Shown: one piece after another, positions 9,730 through 20,084 of the stretch | How positions within the stretch are numbered: position 1 is the stretch's first letter | Layout: each line of letters begins with the position of its first letter | NCBI GenBank assembly: GCA_963662315.1 | Contig: OY759353.1 | Coordinates: 4,160,001-4,224,000, forward strand | Direction of reading: 5' to 3' | Source: Geopsychrobacteraceae bacterium | Lineage (GTDB): Bacteria > Desulfobacterota > Desulfuromonadia > Desulfuromonadales > Geopsychrobacteraceae | Length of the DNA stretch: 64,000 bases | The notes under the pieces: model-generated | Seen by the model: only the letters and a program-made list of their open reading frames with translations | Database searches by the model: none | What the model was told of the DNA's origin: nothing | Program-made: the position numbers and the translations under genes

Positions 9730-12327
9730 ATGGCCATAGAGAATAATGACATTGATATAAGCACTGCCGAAGCGATTGTTGAATCTGAATCCGGTGCACG
9801 CAATCCGACCGGAACAATTCCTAAAAAGATCCTGTTTTTTGTTCCGTTGACCTGGACTCTGTTTCAACTCTGGTATGCTTCTCCGCTGCCGTTTATGCTG
9901 AACTTTTTCGTTTTGAATGATACCGAGGCTCGGGCTATCCATCTGGCCTTCGCTGTCTTTTTGTCATTTACGGCATTTCCCACCTTTAAAAGTTCACCAA
10001 CCAAATATATTCCGGTTCAGGATTGGATTGTGGGTCTTGTTGGGGCCTTTTGTTCCAGTTACCTGTTCCTGTTCTATCGGCAGCTGGCTGATCGTCCCGG
10101 TAATCCGACCACCATGGACCTCGCTGTTTCAGTGGTTGGCCTGATTTTGCTTCTGGAAGCGACACGTCGGGCCTTGGGACCACCGCTGATGGTCGTAGCA
10201 ACGGTTTTTATTATCTATACCTTTGGCGGGCAGTACATGCCCGATGTCATTTCCCATAAAGGAGCAAGCCTAGTTAAAGGGATGTCACATTACTGGCTGA
10301 GCACCGAGGGGGTTTTTGGTGTTGCCCTTGGTGTCTCCACCGGCATGGTGTTCATGTTTGTGCTCTTTGGTGCGTTGCTGGAATCGGGCGGTGCTGGTAA
10401 CTATTTTATTCGTAGCGCTTTTGCCGCTCTTGGCCATCTTAAAGGCGGTCCAGCCAAGGCGGCGGTTGTTTCCTCCGGTTTGACCGGTTTGGTCTCCGGT
10501 TCTTCCATCGCCAACGTGGTCACCACCGGAACCTTTACTATCCCACTGATGAAAAAGGTCGGTTTTAAACCAGAAAAAGCCGGGGCGGTTGAGGTGGCTT
10601 GTTCGACCAATGGCCAGTTGATGCCACCGGTCATGGGTGCCGCGGCTTTCCTCATGGTTGAGTATGTCGGTATCAGCTATATCGACGTCATTAAGCATGC
10701 TTTTCTGCCGGCTATCATCTCCTATGTGGCACTGGTCTATATTGTTCATCTGGAGGCCTGTAAGATGGGGCTCGAGGGGATGGAAAAGATCGTTACCAAA
10801 ACCATTACCCAGCGAATCTTTTCGTTTGTCATCACCATTCTCTCCCTGATTATCATTGGTGGTGTCACTTATTTCGGACTTGGCTGGATCAAAGGAGTGG
10901 CCGGTTCTTCGACGATCTACGTTGTTTCCGTTCTGCTGGTCGCGGCTTATCTGCTGCTGCTGTGGGTTGCCTGTCGGGTGCCGGAACTCGAGCGCAGTCT
11001 GGAAATTGTTGAGCTGCCTCCTTTGGGACCCACTGCCCAGGCCGGACTTTATTATCTGTTACCTGTGGTGGTGTTGATGTGGTGCCTGACGGTTGAACGC
11101 CTGTCACCGGCACTGTCGGCTTTCTGGGCAACTGTTCTGATGATTTTTATTCTGCTGACCCAAAGGCCGTTGAAAGGGTTTTTCCGTAAGTCTGGTGGCG
11201 AAGAGTTTTCTTTTGCCGCCGGGTTTAAGGACCTGATCAACGGGATGGTTGCCGGTGCCCGTAACATGATTGGTATCGGGGTGGCCACTTCCGCTGCCGG
11301 CATTGTTGTCGGTACCGTGACCTTGACCGGTATCGGCCTGGTCATGACCGAATTCGTTGAGTTTATCTCCGGTGGTAATCTGATGCTGATCCTGCTGTTT
11401 ACTGCCGTTATCAGCCTGATCCTGGGGATGGGATTGCCGACGACAGCTAACTATATCGTCGTGTCGACCCTGATGGCGCCGGTTATCGTCGAACTTGGCG
11501 CGCAAAATGGTCTGATCGTGCCTCTGATCGCCGTGCACCTGTTTGTCTTCTATTTCGGGATTCTGGCCGATGATACGCCGCCAGTGGGTTTGGCTGCGTT
11601 TGCGGCGGCGGGGATTTCAGGCGGGGATCCGATCCAGACCGGGATTCAGGGATTTATGTACGATATTCGTACTGCGATTCTTCCCTTCATGTTTATTTTT
11701 AATACCCAGTTGCTGATGATTGGTATCGATCACTGGTACCACCTGCTGGTGACTGTTCTCGCCGCAGTTTTCGCCATGCTCGCCTTCGCGGCCGGTACAC
11801 AAGGGTTCTTTCTGGTTAAAAGCCGGTTATGGGAGACCATTGCTTTGTTGGCGATCGCTTTGTTGCTGTTTCGCCCAGGGTTGATCTGGGATGAACTCTA
11901 TCCGCCCCTGGTGGAGGAACCACCGACCCAGATTGAAAGCTGGGTTGCTCAAGAGGACCCTGGTTCTCCTTTGCGGCTGACCCTGAAAGGTGAAAAGCTG
12001 AACGGTAAGGAATATACCAAGGTGATCATGCTGACTGTTGGTGCCGAGGCAACCGGGGCCGAGCGACTGGCGGGGATCGGCATTGAAACCCGGGAGGAGG
12101 ACGGCCGGATCTTTATTGATAACGTTGGATTCTCCAGTCCTGCGGAAAAGGCCGGGATCGATTTTGATCAGGAAATCATCAATATCCAGGTGGCGACACA
12201 TCGTCTGCCCAAGGAGATTGTTTATATTCCGACCTTTATGTTTTACGCTTTCCTCTATTGGCTCCAGCGGCGGCGCCGCAAGGTTGAAGATGCGCTGAAA
12301 AGGGAGCAGAAGATACGTGCGGCATAA
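9730..12327 (+). CDS. TRAP transporter fused 4TM/12TM permease
   Basis: GGPAKAAV, GSSIANVVTTG, MPPVMGAAAF, GMGLPTTANY, DDTPPVG. Confidence 0.95.
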   Translation: MAIENNDIDISTAEAIVESESGARNPTGTIPKKILFFVPLTWTLFQLWYASPLPFMLNFFVLNDTEARAIHLAFAVFLSFTAFPTFKSSPTKYIPVQDWIVGLVGAFCSSYLFLFYRQLADRPGNPTTMDLAVSVVGLILLLEATRRALGPPLMVVATVFIIYTFGGQYMPDVISHKGASLVKGMSHYWLSTEGVFGVALGVSTGMVFMFVLFGALLESGGAGNYFIRSAFAALGHLKGGPAKAAVVSSGLTGLVSGSSIANVVTTGTFTIPLMKKVGFKPEKAGAVEVACSTNGQLMPPVMGAAAFLMVEYVGISYIDVIKHAFLPAIISYVALVYIVHLEACKMGLEGMEKIVTKTITQRIFSFVITILSLIIIGGVTYFGLGWIKGVAGSSTIYVVSVLLVAAYLLLLWVACRVPELERSLEIVELPPLGPTAQAGLYYLLPVVVLMWCLTVERLSPALSAFWATVLMIFILLTQRPLKGFFRKSGGEEFSFAAGFKDLINGMVAGARNMIGIGVATSAAGIVVGTVTLTGIGLVMTEFVEFISGGNLMLILLFTAVISLILGMGLPTTANYIVVSTLMAPVIVELGAQNGLIVPLIAVHLFVFYFGILADDTPPVGLAAFAAAGISGGDPIQTGIQGFMYDIRTAILPFMFIFNTQLLMIGIDHWYHLLVTVLAAVFAMLAFAAGTQGFFLVKSRLWETIALLAIALLLFRPGLIWDELYPPLVEEPPTQIESWVAQEDPGSPLRLTLKGEKLNGKEYTKVIMLTVGAEATGAERLAGIGIETREEDGRIFIDNVGFSSPAEKAGIDFDQEIINIQVATHRLPKEIVYIPTFMFYAFLYWLQRRRRKVEDALKREQKIRAA

Positions 12328-12389
12328 GTTGGTATACTTTTATTGACAGGACTCAGGCTCAATGACGAGCCCCCTGTCTGGAGGTGACA

Positions 12390-12881
12390 ATGGCGGTAAG
12401 AATCAAGAAAATTCTGGTTGGCAATGACCTGACCGAAGAAGCGTCCAGAGTTGTTCGGTACGCATTGGAGCTGGCGGTTAAATTCCACGCGCAGGTTTAT
12501 GTCCTGCATGTCATGCCTACGGTGGATCCTGCGGTGCTGAACATGGTGGCGCTGAACATGGGGGCCGATAAGCTGGCAAAGCTCAATAAAGAGAATGAAG
12601 CTGAGCTGGTGGTCAAAACCAAAGAGCAGATTCAGCAGATTATTCAGCAGGAAACTGAGCTGATGGAGGAAGAAGTTGCTCATGCGCCCAAAATTGAAGT
12701 TCATCACGGGGAGGCTGTTCCGTTGATCCTGAAAACTGCGGACCGACTGGATGTTGATCTGATTGTTCTGGGCAGTCACAGTAAAGGGCGCCTGCATTAC
12801 GCCTTTTTAGGAAGCGTTGCAGAAAAGATTCTGCGTAAATGTCATCGCACTGTAATGATTGTCCCGCCCCTTAAAGGGTAG
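12390..12881 (+). CDS. Universal stress protein (Usp)
   Basis: KKILVGND, DLIVLGSH...LGSVAEKILR; typical TRAP-associated USP. Confidence 0.92.
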   Translation: MAVRIKKILVGNDLTEEASRVVRYALELAVKFHAQVYVLHVMPTVDPAVLNMVALNMGADKLAKLNKENEAELVVKTKEQIQQIIQQETELMEEEVAHAPKIEVHHGEAVPLILKTADRLDVDLIVLGSHSKGRLHYAFLGSVAEKILRKCHRTVMIVPPLKG

Positions 12882-12890
12882 CCGAATAGC

Positions 12891-12924
12891 GCCCGTCATT
12901 CCTGAATTATCAGGAATGACGGGC
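12891..12924 (+). terminator. Perfect inverted repeat after usp
   Basis: GCCCGTCATTCCTGA-ATTA-TCAGGAATGACGGGC. Confidence 0.65.
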
Positions 12925-13210
12925 AGATCATGTTTGTTTCCCCTAACTAGTGAATATCTGAAAGCATTCAGCAGCAAGTAACACAAGATCTACAGAAGTA
13001 TTCCCTCCTTCGATTGCCTTTTGCCCGTTAGGTGCGCAGCACCGTGGGCTGTTGCTCAATTTAGCCATCATTCTTTTAAGCGAAGTTTGTAGCATTTCTC
13101 GTCAATTATTTTGACCTTCCTGGGCATTTTGCATACTTTTTTGCCCTGGAAAAAGTATGGCGCAGTGTGAGGGCGCGACCTCACAACTTTATTTTTGGTA
13201 GAAACAGTCA

Positions 13211-13401
13211 AAAAAAAGGACCGCAGGGCCTCGCCCCTGCAGGCGAGTTACTTTTTGTCCAGAGCAACACAAAGTAACCAAAAAATGCTCTTCTATATGT
13301 CCGTGCGCGGGCGTCGTTATTTCCCAGGTTGCGGGCAGCAACTGACAGGCCGGCCTGACGGCTCGAATCTCGCCTGATGGCCAGAACCGCACTCAATATG
13401 G
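13211..13401 (+). repeat. Solo copy of a ~190-bp structured repeat family (see the 56984-58097 array)
   Basis: 3' part GCCGGCCTGACGGCTCG...GCCTGATGGCCAGAACCGCA closely matches the reverse complement of the start of each 423-bp unit; also has a TTACTTT...AAAGTAA hairpin. Confidence 0.7.
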
Positions 13402-13464
13402 CTTGAAACAATCAGAAGCACGGCGTAATATCTGAATATGTGACAAATGTGGTAATAATTCCTA

Positions 13465-13492
13465 TTGACAGTTTGAAATAGTCCGCTAAAAT
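13465..13492 (+). promoter_or_regulatory. Putative sigma70 promoter of tpx
   Basis: TTGACA-N16-TAAAAT. Confidence 0.55.
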
Positions 13493-13599
13493 TATGACTG
13501 TTTGCATTTATGATTTTCAACAACGTTTAAGATGTACATGTTGGGGGCCGGACTGGTCCGGATTCCAGCTCATCGCAAATATTCCGACAGGAGGCTTAA

Positions 13600-14124
13600 A
13601 TGAGTACTTATGAAGAGCGTCAAGGCGCTGTTACTTTTAAAGGGAATCCAGCTGCTCTGCTTGGTCCTGAGCTCAAAGTTGGTGCTGCCGCACCTGATTT
13701 CACAGTTGTCGATAATGGTCTGCAGCCGGTTACTCTGGCAACTGATGCCGGAAAGGTGCGCTTGATCACGGTTGTTCCTTCTCTGGATACCCCGGTCTGT
13801 GACGCCATGACCAGACGTTTTAACCAGGATGCTGCAAACCTTCCAGATTCCGTTGCCGTTTATACCATCAGCGTTGATTTGCCTTTCGCGCAAAAGCGTT
13901 GGTGCGGCAATGCCGGCATTGATAAGGTTCAAACCCTTTCCGACTATCAGGACCGATCCTTCGGCCTGAATTACGGATTGCTGCTCAGCGGCTTGAAACT
14001 GCTTGCCCGCGCCGTTATTGTCATTGATCAGAACGATAAGATCAGCTATGTGGAACTCGTTCCGGAAGTGACAGCAGAGCCTGATTATACAGCTGCTCTG
14101 GAGGCTGTAAAAGCTCTTATCTGA
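13600..14124 (+). CDS. tpx: Thiol peroxidase (atypical 2-Cys peroxiredoxin)
   Basis: VPSLDTPVC, SVDLPFAQKRWC, LLARAV, EPDY. Confidence 0.95.
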   Translation: MSTYEERQGAVTFKGNPAALLGPELKVGAAAPDFTVVDNGLQPVTLATDAGKVRLITVVPSLDTPVCDAMTRRFNQDAANLPDSVAVYTISVDLPFAQKRWCGNAGIDKVQTLSDYQDRSFGLNYGLLLSGLKLLARAVIVIDQNDKISYVELVPEVTAEPDYTAALEAVKALI

Positions 14125-14205
14125 GAGTAATTTTTAGAGACGTTATCGTCACTAAAAGCAACCCCTCGCAATGATTTAAAAACAGACGTTAAGGTTTGTT
14201 TTGGA

Positions 14206-14236
14206 AAGGGCACGGATTTAATTCCGTGCCTTTTTT
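14206..14236 (+). terminator. Rho-independent terminator after tpx
   Basis: GGCACGGA-TTTAAT-TCCGTGCC followed by T-run. Confidence 0.75.
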
Positions 14237-14415
14237 ACTTGACGCCGGGTGTTTTACTGCTGTGTTGCTGCACATTCTCCGTGAGGGCAGAATGTGCAGC
14301 AAATTGACAAGGGCGTTAAATCCCGTACACTTTAAATAGTGTCATGCTGATGTTCCAGCCCGTTTTCAAAAAAACAAACTCGTTCAGGATTGTGGTTGTT
14401 TTATCAGGATGAAAT

Positions 14416-16854
14416 ATGTCCGAAAAAGAGGTGAAGCCTATATCTGACCTGATCTCCGATCTGGAAAGAAAACTGTTCGACAACGTCCATATTGCCATCG
14501 CCGTTGTTGATCAGGAACGGGTCATTCTGCGCGTCAATCAAACCTTCTGTCATATGTTCGGCTATAGCGACCCGAGCGAACCAGTGGGCCTGCCAGGGAC
14601 GATTTTGCACTTGTCGCAGGAAAGTTATGCAGAGTTTGGCAAACAGGCTTTTGATAAGGTTCTTAGCTCTGATGCTGTCAGCGTTCCCTACCAACTGAGA
14701 AAAAAAGATGGAAGCGTTTTCTGGGTGCAGATTTCCGGTCAACCGATCAACAACGGCCAGGCCGTTTTGTGGATGATGACCGATATCACCCAGCAAAAAC
14801 TGGCCGAAAAGAAGCTTTCTGAAAGTGAAGAGAAGTTCCGCATTACTTTTTCAACCTCACCGGAGCCGGTTGCTTTAAGCAGGGTTGAAGATGGAGTCTA
14901 TCTTGATGTGAATGAGCGTTTTTTGGAACTGACAGGTTACGCGTATGACGAACTGGTCGGGCACTCTTCACTCAAGGTAAATATCTGGAAGCATCAGGCC
15001 GACCGCCAACGGATGGTTACAGAGCTCATCAAGAATGGAAACATTGAAAACTTTGAGGCTGAATTTCTCGATAAGAGCGGCCAGGTCATCTTTGGGTTGA
15101 TGTCGGCTCGTATCGTAGAAATTGATGGTCAGAAGGTTATTTTGACCGTCACCCGGGATGTTTCAGAACGTAAGCAGCAGGACGCTTTGCTTTTGGCGCG
15201 CTTGCATCTGAATGAAGCCGCGGTCCATCTCAGTCAAAAACAACTGCTGCAAAAATTGGTCGATGAAGCAGAGCTTCTGACCCACAGTAAAATCGGTTTT
15301 TTGCATTTCGTAAACGAAGATCAGGATCATCTGTTTCTGCAGGTCTGGTCAACCGCGACCCTTCAGCATTTTTGTGTAGCAGATCCAGGTGAGAATCATT
15401 ACCCGATATCTAAAGCAGGGGTCTGGGTTGACTGTGTGCGCCAGAAAGCCCCGGTTATCCATAATGATTACCTTGGGTTGCCGCATCGAAAAGGTCTTCC
15501 TGAAGGGCATGCCCCAATCGTCAGAGACCTGGTTATCCCTCTATTTGATAAGGACCGGATATTTGCCATTCTGGGTGTTGGTAATAAAGACAGTCTTTAC
15601 AACCAGAGAGATGTGCGCCTGCTGACAGCCTTTGGTCTTATGGCCTGGGATATTATTGCCCGCAAGGGGAGTGAAGAGCAGCGTAAAGAGCTTGAGCTGC
15701 AGTTGCGCCAGAAGTATAAAATGGAGGCTGTTGGCGTAATGGCTGGTGGCATTGCGCATAATTTTAATAATAACCTGGCGATTATCCTGGGTAATCTGGA
15801 GATGGCGGTGCGTAAGCAGGCGGACCCCGAAGCCCTGGCTAAATATCTGAACAACGCCAGAATCGCAGTGCTCAGATCGCGTGATCTGGTCGCGCAAATT
15901 CTAACCTACAGTCATCAGGGCCGCAAAGAGCTCGGAGCGGTCGATATCTGTATTGTTATCAATGAGACGCTGAATCTGCTGAAATCAACGCTGCCGGCGT
16001 CAATCAGGTTGCTCCATCTGTCTTCCTCTCAAAGCCTGATTGTGAACGCGGACCCGGGGCAGATCCAGGAGGCATTAATCAACCTGTGTAATAACGCTGT
16101 CTGCGCTATGAATGAGAAAGGGACGCTCAAGATTGCTCTTGAGAGGGTAGAATTACAGGCTTGCGACATCCCTGCCCGTTGTAGCAGTGGCGCAGGGGCT
16201 TATGCCAAACTGGCGGTTGAAGATAGTGGCTGCGGGATAGAAAAAGACATTATTGATCGCATCTTTGATCCCTTTTTTACCACTAAGGGAATCGATCGTG
16301 GCACCGGAATGGGATTGTCAACGGTTCAGGGGATAGTCGATCAGCACGGAGGTTTCATTGCGGTCGAAAGCAGCGTCGGGGAAGGATCAGTTTTTTATCT
16401 GTATTTCCCGCTAGAAGAGCAACGGTTTGCAGATAGGCCAAATCTACAGGAGGAGGAAAAGCCGCAAGGGGGATCGGAACGGGTTCTGCTGGTGGATGAT
16501 GACCTCAACCTGCTGGCTTTGGTGGAACAGATGCTGGTTGAGCTTGGTTACCGGGTAACAACCGCGCCCGGCAGTCATGAAGCTTTGGAGCTATTTTTGC
16601 GGGAACCCACAGCTTTTGATCTGTTGATCACCGATCAGACTATGCCGGTCATGACTGGTGAAAGCCTGGTTAGAAAGATCAGGAGCATCAGAGGGGATCT
16701 GCCGGTCATTCTGATTACCGGTTACAGCAGCAAAATCAACAGGGCCGAATCCCAGGCTCTTGGTATCGATGCCTTCTGCATGAAACCTCTCGGTATGACC
16801 GAGCTGGCAAAAGTCGTGCGCAAAGTGCTGAGCGAGGCAAGCTTGCGGCGATAG
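14416..16854 (+). CDS. Cytoplasmic hybrid sensor kinase (PAS-PAS-GAF-HisKA-HATPase-REC)
   Basis: IAHNFNNNL, NLCNNA, FDPFFTTK, GTGMGL, LLVDDD, DQTMP. Confidence 0.92.
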   Translation: MSEKEVKPISDLISDLERKLFDNVHIAIAVVDQERVILRVNQTFCHMFGYSDPSEPVGLPGTILHLSQESYAEFGKQAFDKVLSSDAVSVPYQLRKKDGSVFWVQISGQPINNGQAVLWMMTDITQQKLAEKKLSESEEKFRITFSTSPEPVALSRVEDGVYLDVNERFLELTGYAYDELVGHSSLKVNIWKHQADRQRMVTELIKNGNIENFEAEFLDKSGQVIFGLMSARIVEIDGQKVILTVTRDVSERKQQDALLLARLHLNEAAVHLSQKQLLQKLVDEAELLTHSKIGFLHFVNEDQDHLFLQVWSTATLQHFCVADPGENHYPISKAGVWVDCVRQKAPVIHNDYLGLPHRKGLPEGHAPIVRDLVIPLFDKDRIFAILGVGNKDSLYNQRDVRLLTAFGLMAWDIIARKGSEEQRKELELQLRQKYKMEAVGVMAGGIAHNFNNNLAIILGNLEMAVRKQADPEALAKYLNNARIAVLRSRDLVAQILTYSHQGRKELGAVDICIVINETLNLLKSTLPASIRLLHLSSSQSLIVNADPGQIQEALINLCNNAVCAMNEKGTLKIALERVELQACDIPARCSSGAGAYAKLAVEDSGCGIEKDIIDRIFDPFFTTKGIDRGTGMGLSTVQGIVDQHGGFIAVESSVGEGSVFYLYFPLEEQRFADRPNLQEEEKPQGGSERVLLVDDDLNLLALVEQMLVELGYRVTTAPGSHEALELFLREPTAFDLLITDQTMPVMTGESLVRKIRSIRGDLPVILITGYSSKINRAESQALGIDAFCMKPLGMTELAKVVRKVLSEASLRR

Positions 16855-16955
16855 TTCGTTTCCAATCTGAAAACTGATGCGTTGCTGAGCAAAGCTACCG
16901 TTTTGTGAGATCTGACCTTTCAATTTTGACATTGTGAACCGCAGTGAGCGCGATC

Positions 16956-18785
16956 TTAGTAGGGTTTTCTGGCGTTGGTAGAAATACGTGTCTCCCCTTG
17001 AGTCCGTTCCACTGGATAGCGAAGCTGGCTGACCAGATCCTGAATTTCCTGTGGGGGCTCCGGAGTAAAGTGGGAGATGACAATCGTCAGCGTAAAATTG
17101 ATCAGCATACCGACCGTGCCGATTCCTTCCGGTGAAATACCGAACAGCCAGTGTTCCGCACTGTTGGCTCCCGGATTGATCAGTTTGAAATAAATAATGT
17201 AACAGGCAGTAAAGCTGATTCCTGCCACCATGCCGGTCATGGCTCCGTAAACGTTGGTCTTCTTGGTGAAAATCCCCATGATAATGGCCGGAAAGAATGA
17301 CGCGGCGGCCAGGCCGAAGGCAAAGGCAACCACCTGGGCGACAAAGCCGGGCGGGAAAATTCCCAGCAGGCCGGCAACCACCACCGCCCCTGCAGCGCCA
17401 CAGCGCGCCCACAGCAATTCCCCTTTTTCTGACATGCTTGGCATCAGGACACCTTTCATCAGGTCATGGGAAATGGAGGCGGAAATTACCAGCAGCAGCC
17501 CGGCGGCGGTCGACAAGGCTGCGGCCAGCCCGCCGGCCGCGACCAGTCCGACCACCCAGTTGGGCAGGTGGGCGATTTCAGGGTTGGCCAGAACAATGAT
17601 ATCCTGATCCACGTAAATTTCATTGGGGCTGGTGGTCTGCAGATTTGCCACCAGCTTTTCTCCGTGCCTTCCTGCTGCGCCACTATATTTGGGTTTTCCG
17701 ACAATCGCCTGACCTGGCCCATATTGGAGAATTCCGTCATTGTTCTTATCGATCCAGGCGATCAGCCCGGTGGCTTCCCAATTTTTGAACCAACCGGGAG
17801 CTTTCTCGTAACGGGTGTTATGAATGGTGTTGATAAATTCGATACGGGCAAAGGCGGCAACGGCGGGGGCTGCGGTATAGAGTAAGACAATAAATATCAG
17901 CGCCCAGCCCGCCGAAGCCCGGGCATCCTTGATTTTGGGAACGGTAAAAAAGCGGATGATGACATGGGGCAGCCCGGCGGTGCCGACCATCAGGGCGACA
18001 ACAATAAAAAACAGATCGAGCTTGGGGCGCTCGCCAGAGGTATAGGCAGCAAGGCCCAGCTCCTTTTGAATACCGTCAAGGGCCTCCAGCAGGTAGCGCC
18101 CTTCAAGTGCTGAATTCTGCAGTATCCGTGCTCCATCGGCACTGATGGTGCTGCCAAAGCCGAGGGATGGAAGCGGGTTACCGGTCAGCATGAGTGAAAT
18201 ATAGATGGCCGGAATCATATAGGCAATAATCAGGACACAATACTGGGCTACCTGGGTGTAGGTGATCCCTTTCATGCCGCCGAGGACAGCGTAAAAAAAG
18301 ACGATACACATACCGATGGCGACACCGGTGTTAATGGGGACATTCAGAAAGCGGGCAAAGACAACTCCCACCCCGCGCATCTGGCCGGCTACATAGGTAA
18401 ACGAGACGAAAATAGCACACAGCAGGGCAATGATCCGCGCCCCCTGCGAATAGTAGCGGTCGCCAATAAACTCAGGGACGGTAAATTTACCGTATTTGCG
18501 CAGATAGGGAGCGAGCAGCATGGCCAGCAGGACATAGCCACCGGTCCAGCCCATCAGGTACATCGACCCGTCCCGTCCCAGGAACGAGATCAGCCCGGCC
18601 ATACTGATAAAGGAGGCCGCAGACATCCAGTCAGCACCGGTGGCCATACCGTTCAGGATGGGATGAATCGTGCGTTCGGCTGTATAGAAGTCTCCGGTAG
18701 AGAAGGCCCGGGCCCGAATCGCGACCAGAATGTAGATGGCGAAGGTAATGCCGATTAAAGCCCAGGTCCAGGTGGTGATGCTCAT
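16956..18785 (-). CDS. Sodium:solute symporter, ActP/VC_2705-like (probable acetate/monocarboxylate permease)
   Basis: NGMATGADWMSAASFISMAG, GGMKGITYTQVAQY, GTAGLPHV. Confidence 0.9.
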   Translation of the reverse strand: MSITTWTWALIGITFAIYILVAIRARAFSTGDFYTAERTIHPILNGMATGADWMSAASFISMAGLISFLGRDGSMYLMGWTGGYVLLAMLLAPYLRKYGKFTVPEFIGDRYYSQGARIIALLCAIFVSFTYVAGQMRGVGVVFARFLNVPINTGVAIGMCIVFFYAVLGGMKGITYTQVAQYCVLIIAYMIPAIYISLMLTGNPLPSLGFGSTISADGARILQNSALEGRYLLEALDGIQKELGLAAYTSGERPKLDLFFIVVALMVGTAGLPHVIIRFFTVPKIKDARASAGWALIFIVLLYTAAPAVAAFARIEFINTIHNTRYEKAPGWFKNWEATGLIAWIDKNNDGILQYGPGQAIVGKPKYSGAAGRHGEKLVANLQTTSPNEIYVDQDIIVLANPEIAHLPNWVVGLVAAGGLAAALSTAAGLLLVISASISHDLMKGVLMPSMSEKGELLWARCGAAGAVVVAGLLGIFPPGFVAQVVAFAFGLAAASFFPAIIMGIFTKKTNVYGAMTGMVAGISFTACYIIYFKLINPGANSAEHWLFGISPEGIGTVGMLINFTLTIVISHFTPEPPQEIQDLVSQLRYPVERTQGETRISTNARKPY

Positions 18786-18815
18786 GGCAGTAGGTCTCCC
18801 TGAAACGGGTTGGGG

Positions 18816-19076
18816 TCAGTCTTCATAGACGTTGAACTGGCGATCCAGTCGATTCAGCAGCCAGACATAAATGATGATAAGCAGACAAAAAATGAGTTCA
18901 GAACCCTGATTGGCAAACCAGAAACCAACCGGAAAGCCGCCAATATGAAAGGTATCAAGCTGGTCAACGAGAAAGATACCAAACAGGAAGGAAACCACAA
19001 ACCAGATGGTCAGGAGACATACGATATAGGTCACGTTTTTTTTCCAGTAACGCTGCAGTTCCTGATCGCGGGTCAT
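18816..19076 (-). CDS. Small symporter partner (DUF4212-like)
   Basis: YW...GFPVGFWFANQGS; directly upstream of the symporter. Confidence 0.88.
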   Translation of the reverse strand: MTRDQELQRYWKKNVTYIVCLLTIWFVVSFLFGIFLVDQLDTFHIGGFPVGFWFANQGSELIFCLLIIIYVWLLNRLDRQFNVYED

Positions 19077-19356
19077 TGTGTCCTTATCTCCTTTTGACAG
19101 CGTGATCTGAACAGGGAGAAAGAGCTACCGTTGTCGTTGAACTTTCCATGTTGCTGTATGTTAACGATAATCTCCTGCTATCAGCTTGTAAAGAGCATTT
19201 TTTAATTTTTAGAACAGGATTTTATGAAAAGTCTGATTATGATCAGTGTGCGGGCAGGAGTTGCTTTTCTGGCAAATAATTAGATAATATGAAAATTCAT
19301 ATAGAATGGACTGTTTTGCCATTCATTGTCCACCTGTGGAAGAAAAGGAGAAGTTT

Positions 19357-20031
19357 GTGATACGACGCCTTGCCCTCGCCAGTTTCATGTTGTTTGTCTG
19401 TTTATTTACGCTTTGCGGTCTTGCAGTGGCTCAGGAAGCGGTTATCTCCGGGACGATTGAAGGGGGACTGCGTATCATCAGCATTGATCCTGCCGGAGAA
19501 AATCACTTTGTCGTCTATCGTGGCGATTATATTCAGCCTCGCCTGGCAGGGGCCAGTCGGTTTGAAATCGACATTCCCGGGCTGCGTCAGGTCAAATCCT
19601 TTCCGGTTGAAGAAGGAGGAAAGTCTTACGTCAAAATGTCGATTCCCGGCACTTTCCCCTTTACGGCCGGGACTGCCAAGGGCGTATTCGAAGTCATTGA
19701 ATATTCGGCACCTTCCTATAAGGCGGTCAGTAGCGCCGAAGCTGCTGAGATTCTGAAAAACACCAGTCCGTTTATTCTTGATGTCAGGACCATCGAAGAA
19801 TATCGGGATGCCCATATCGCCGGGGCACACCTGGTACCGGTGCAGATCCTGCAGCGCGAACTGGCAGAGCTGGAACCGTACAAGGAACGCGACCTGTTTA
19901 TTTACTGTGCGACCGGGAACCGCAGCACCGTGGCGGCGCGGATATTGATTGAGAACGGGTTTAAGAAAATCTACAACCTGCGCTACGGCATTTCCGACTG
20001 GATGCAGAAGGGGTATCCGGTAGAAAGATAG
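19357..20031 (+). CDS. Exported rhodanese-domain protein
   Basis: Signal peptide; ILDVRT..EY...HIAGA, YCATGNRS, NLRYGISDW; GTG start after AAGGAG. Confidence 0.85.
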   Translation: MIRRLALASFMLFVCLFTLCGLAVAQEAVISGTIEGGLRIISIDPAGENHFVVYRGDYIQPRLAGASRFEIDIPGLRQVKSFPVEEGGKSYVKMSIPGTFPFTAGTAKGVFEVIEYSAPSYKAVSSAEAAEILKNTSPFILDVRTIEEYRDAHIAGAHLVPVQILQRELAELEPYKERDLFIYCATGNRSTVAARILIENGFKKIYNLRYGISDWMQKGYPVER

Positions 20032-20084
20032 TTTGTGCCAAATCAGTACCGGAGAGTTCCTTCTCCTTCAGGGAGAGGGAACTG

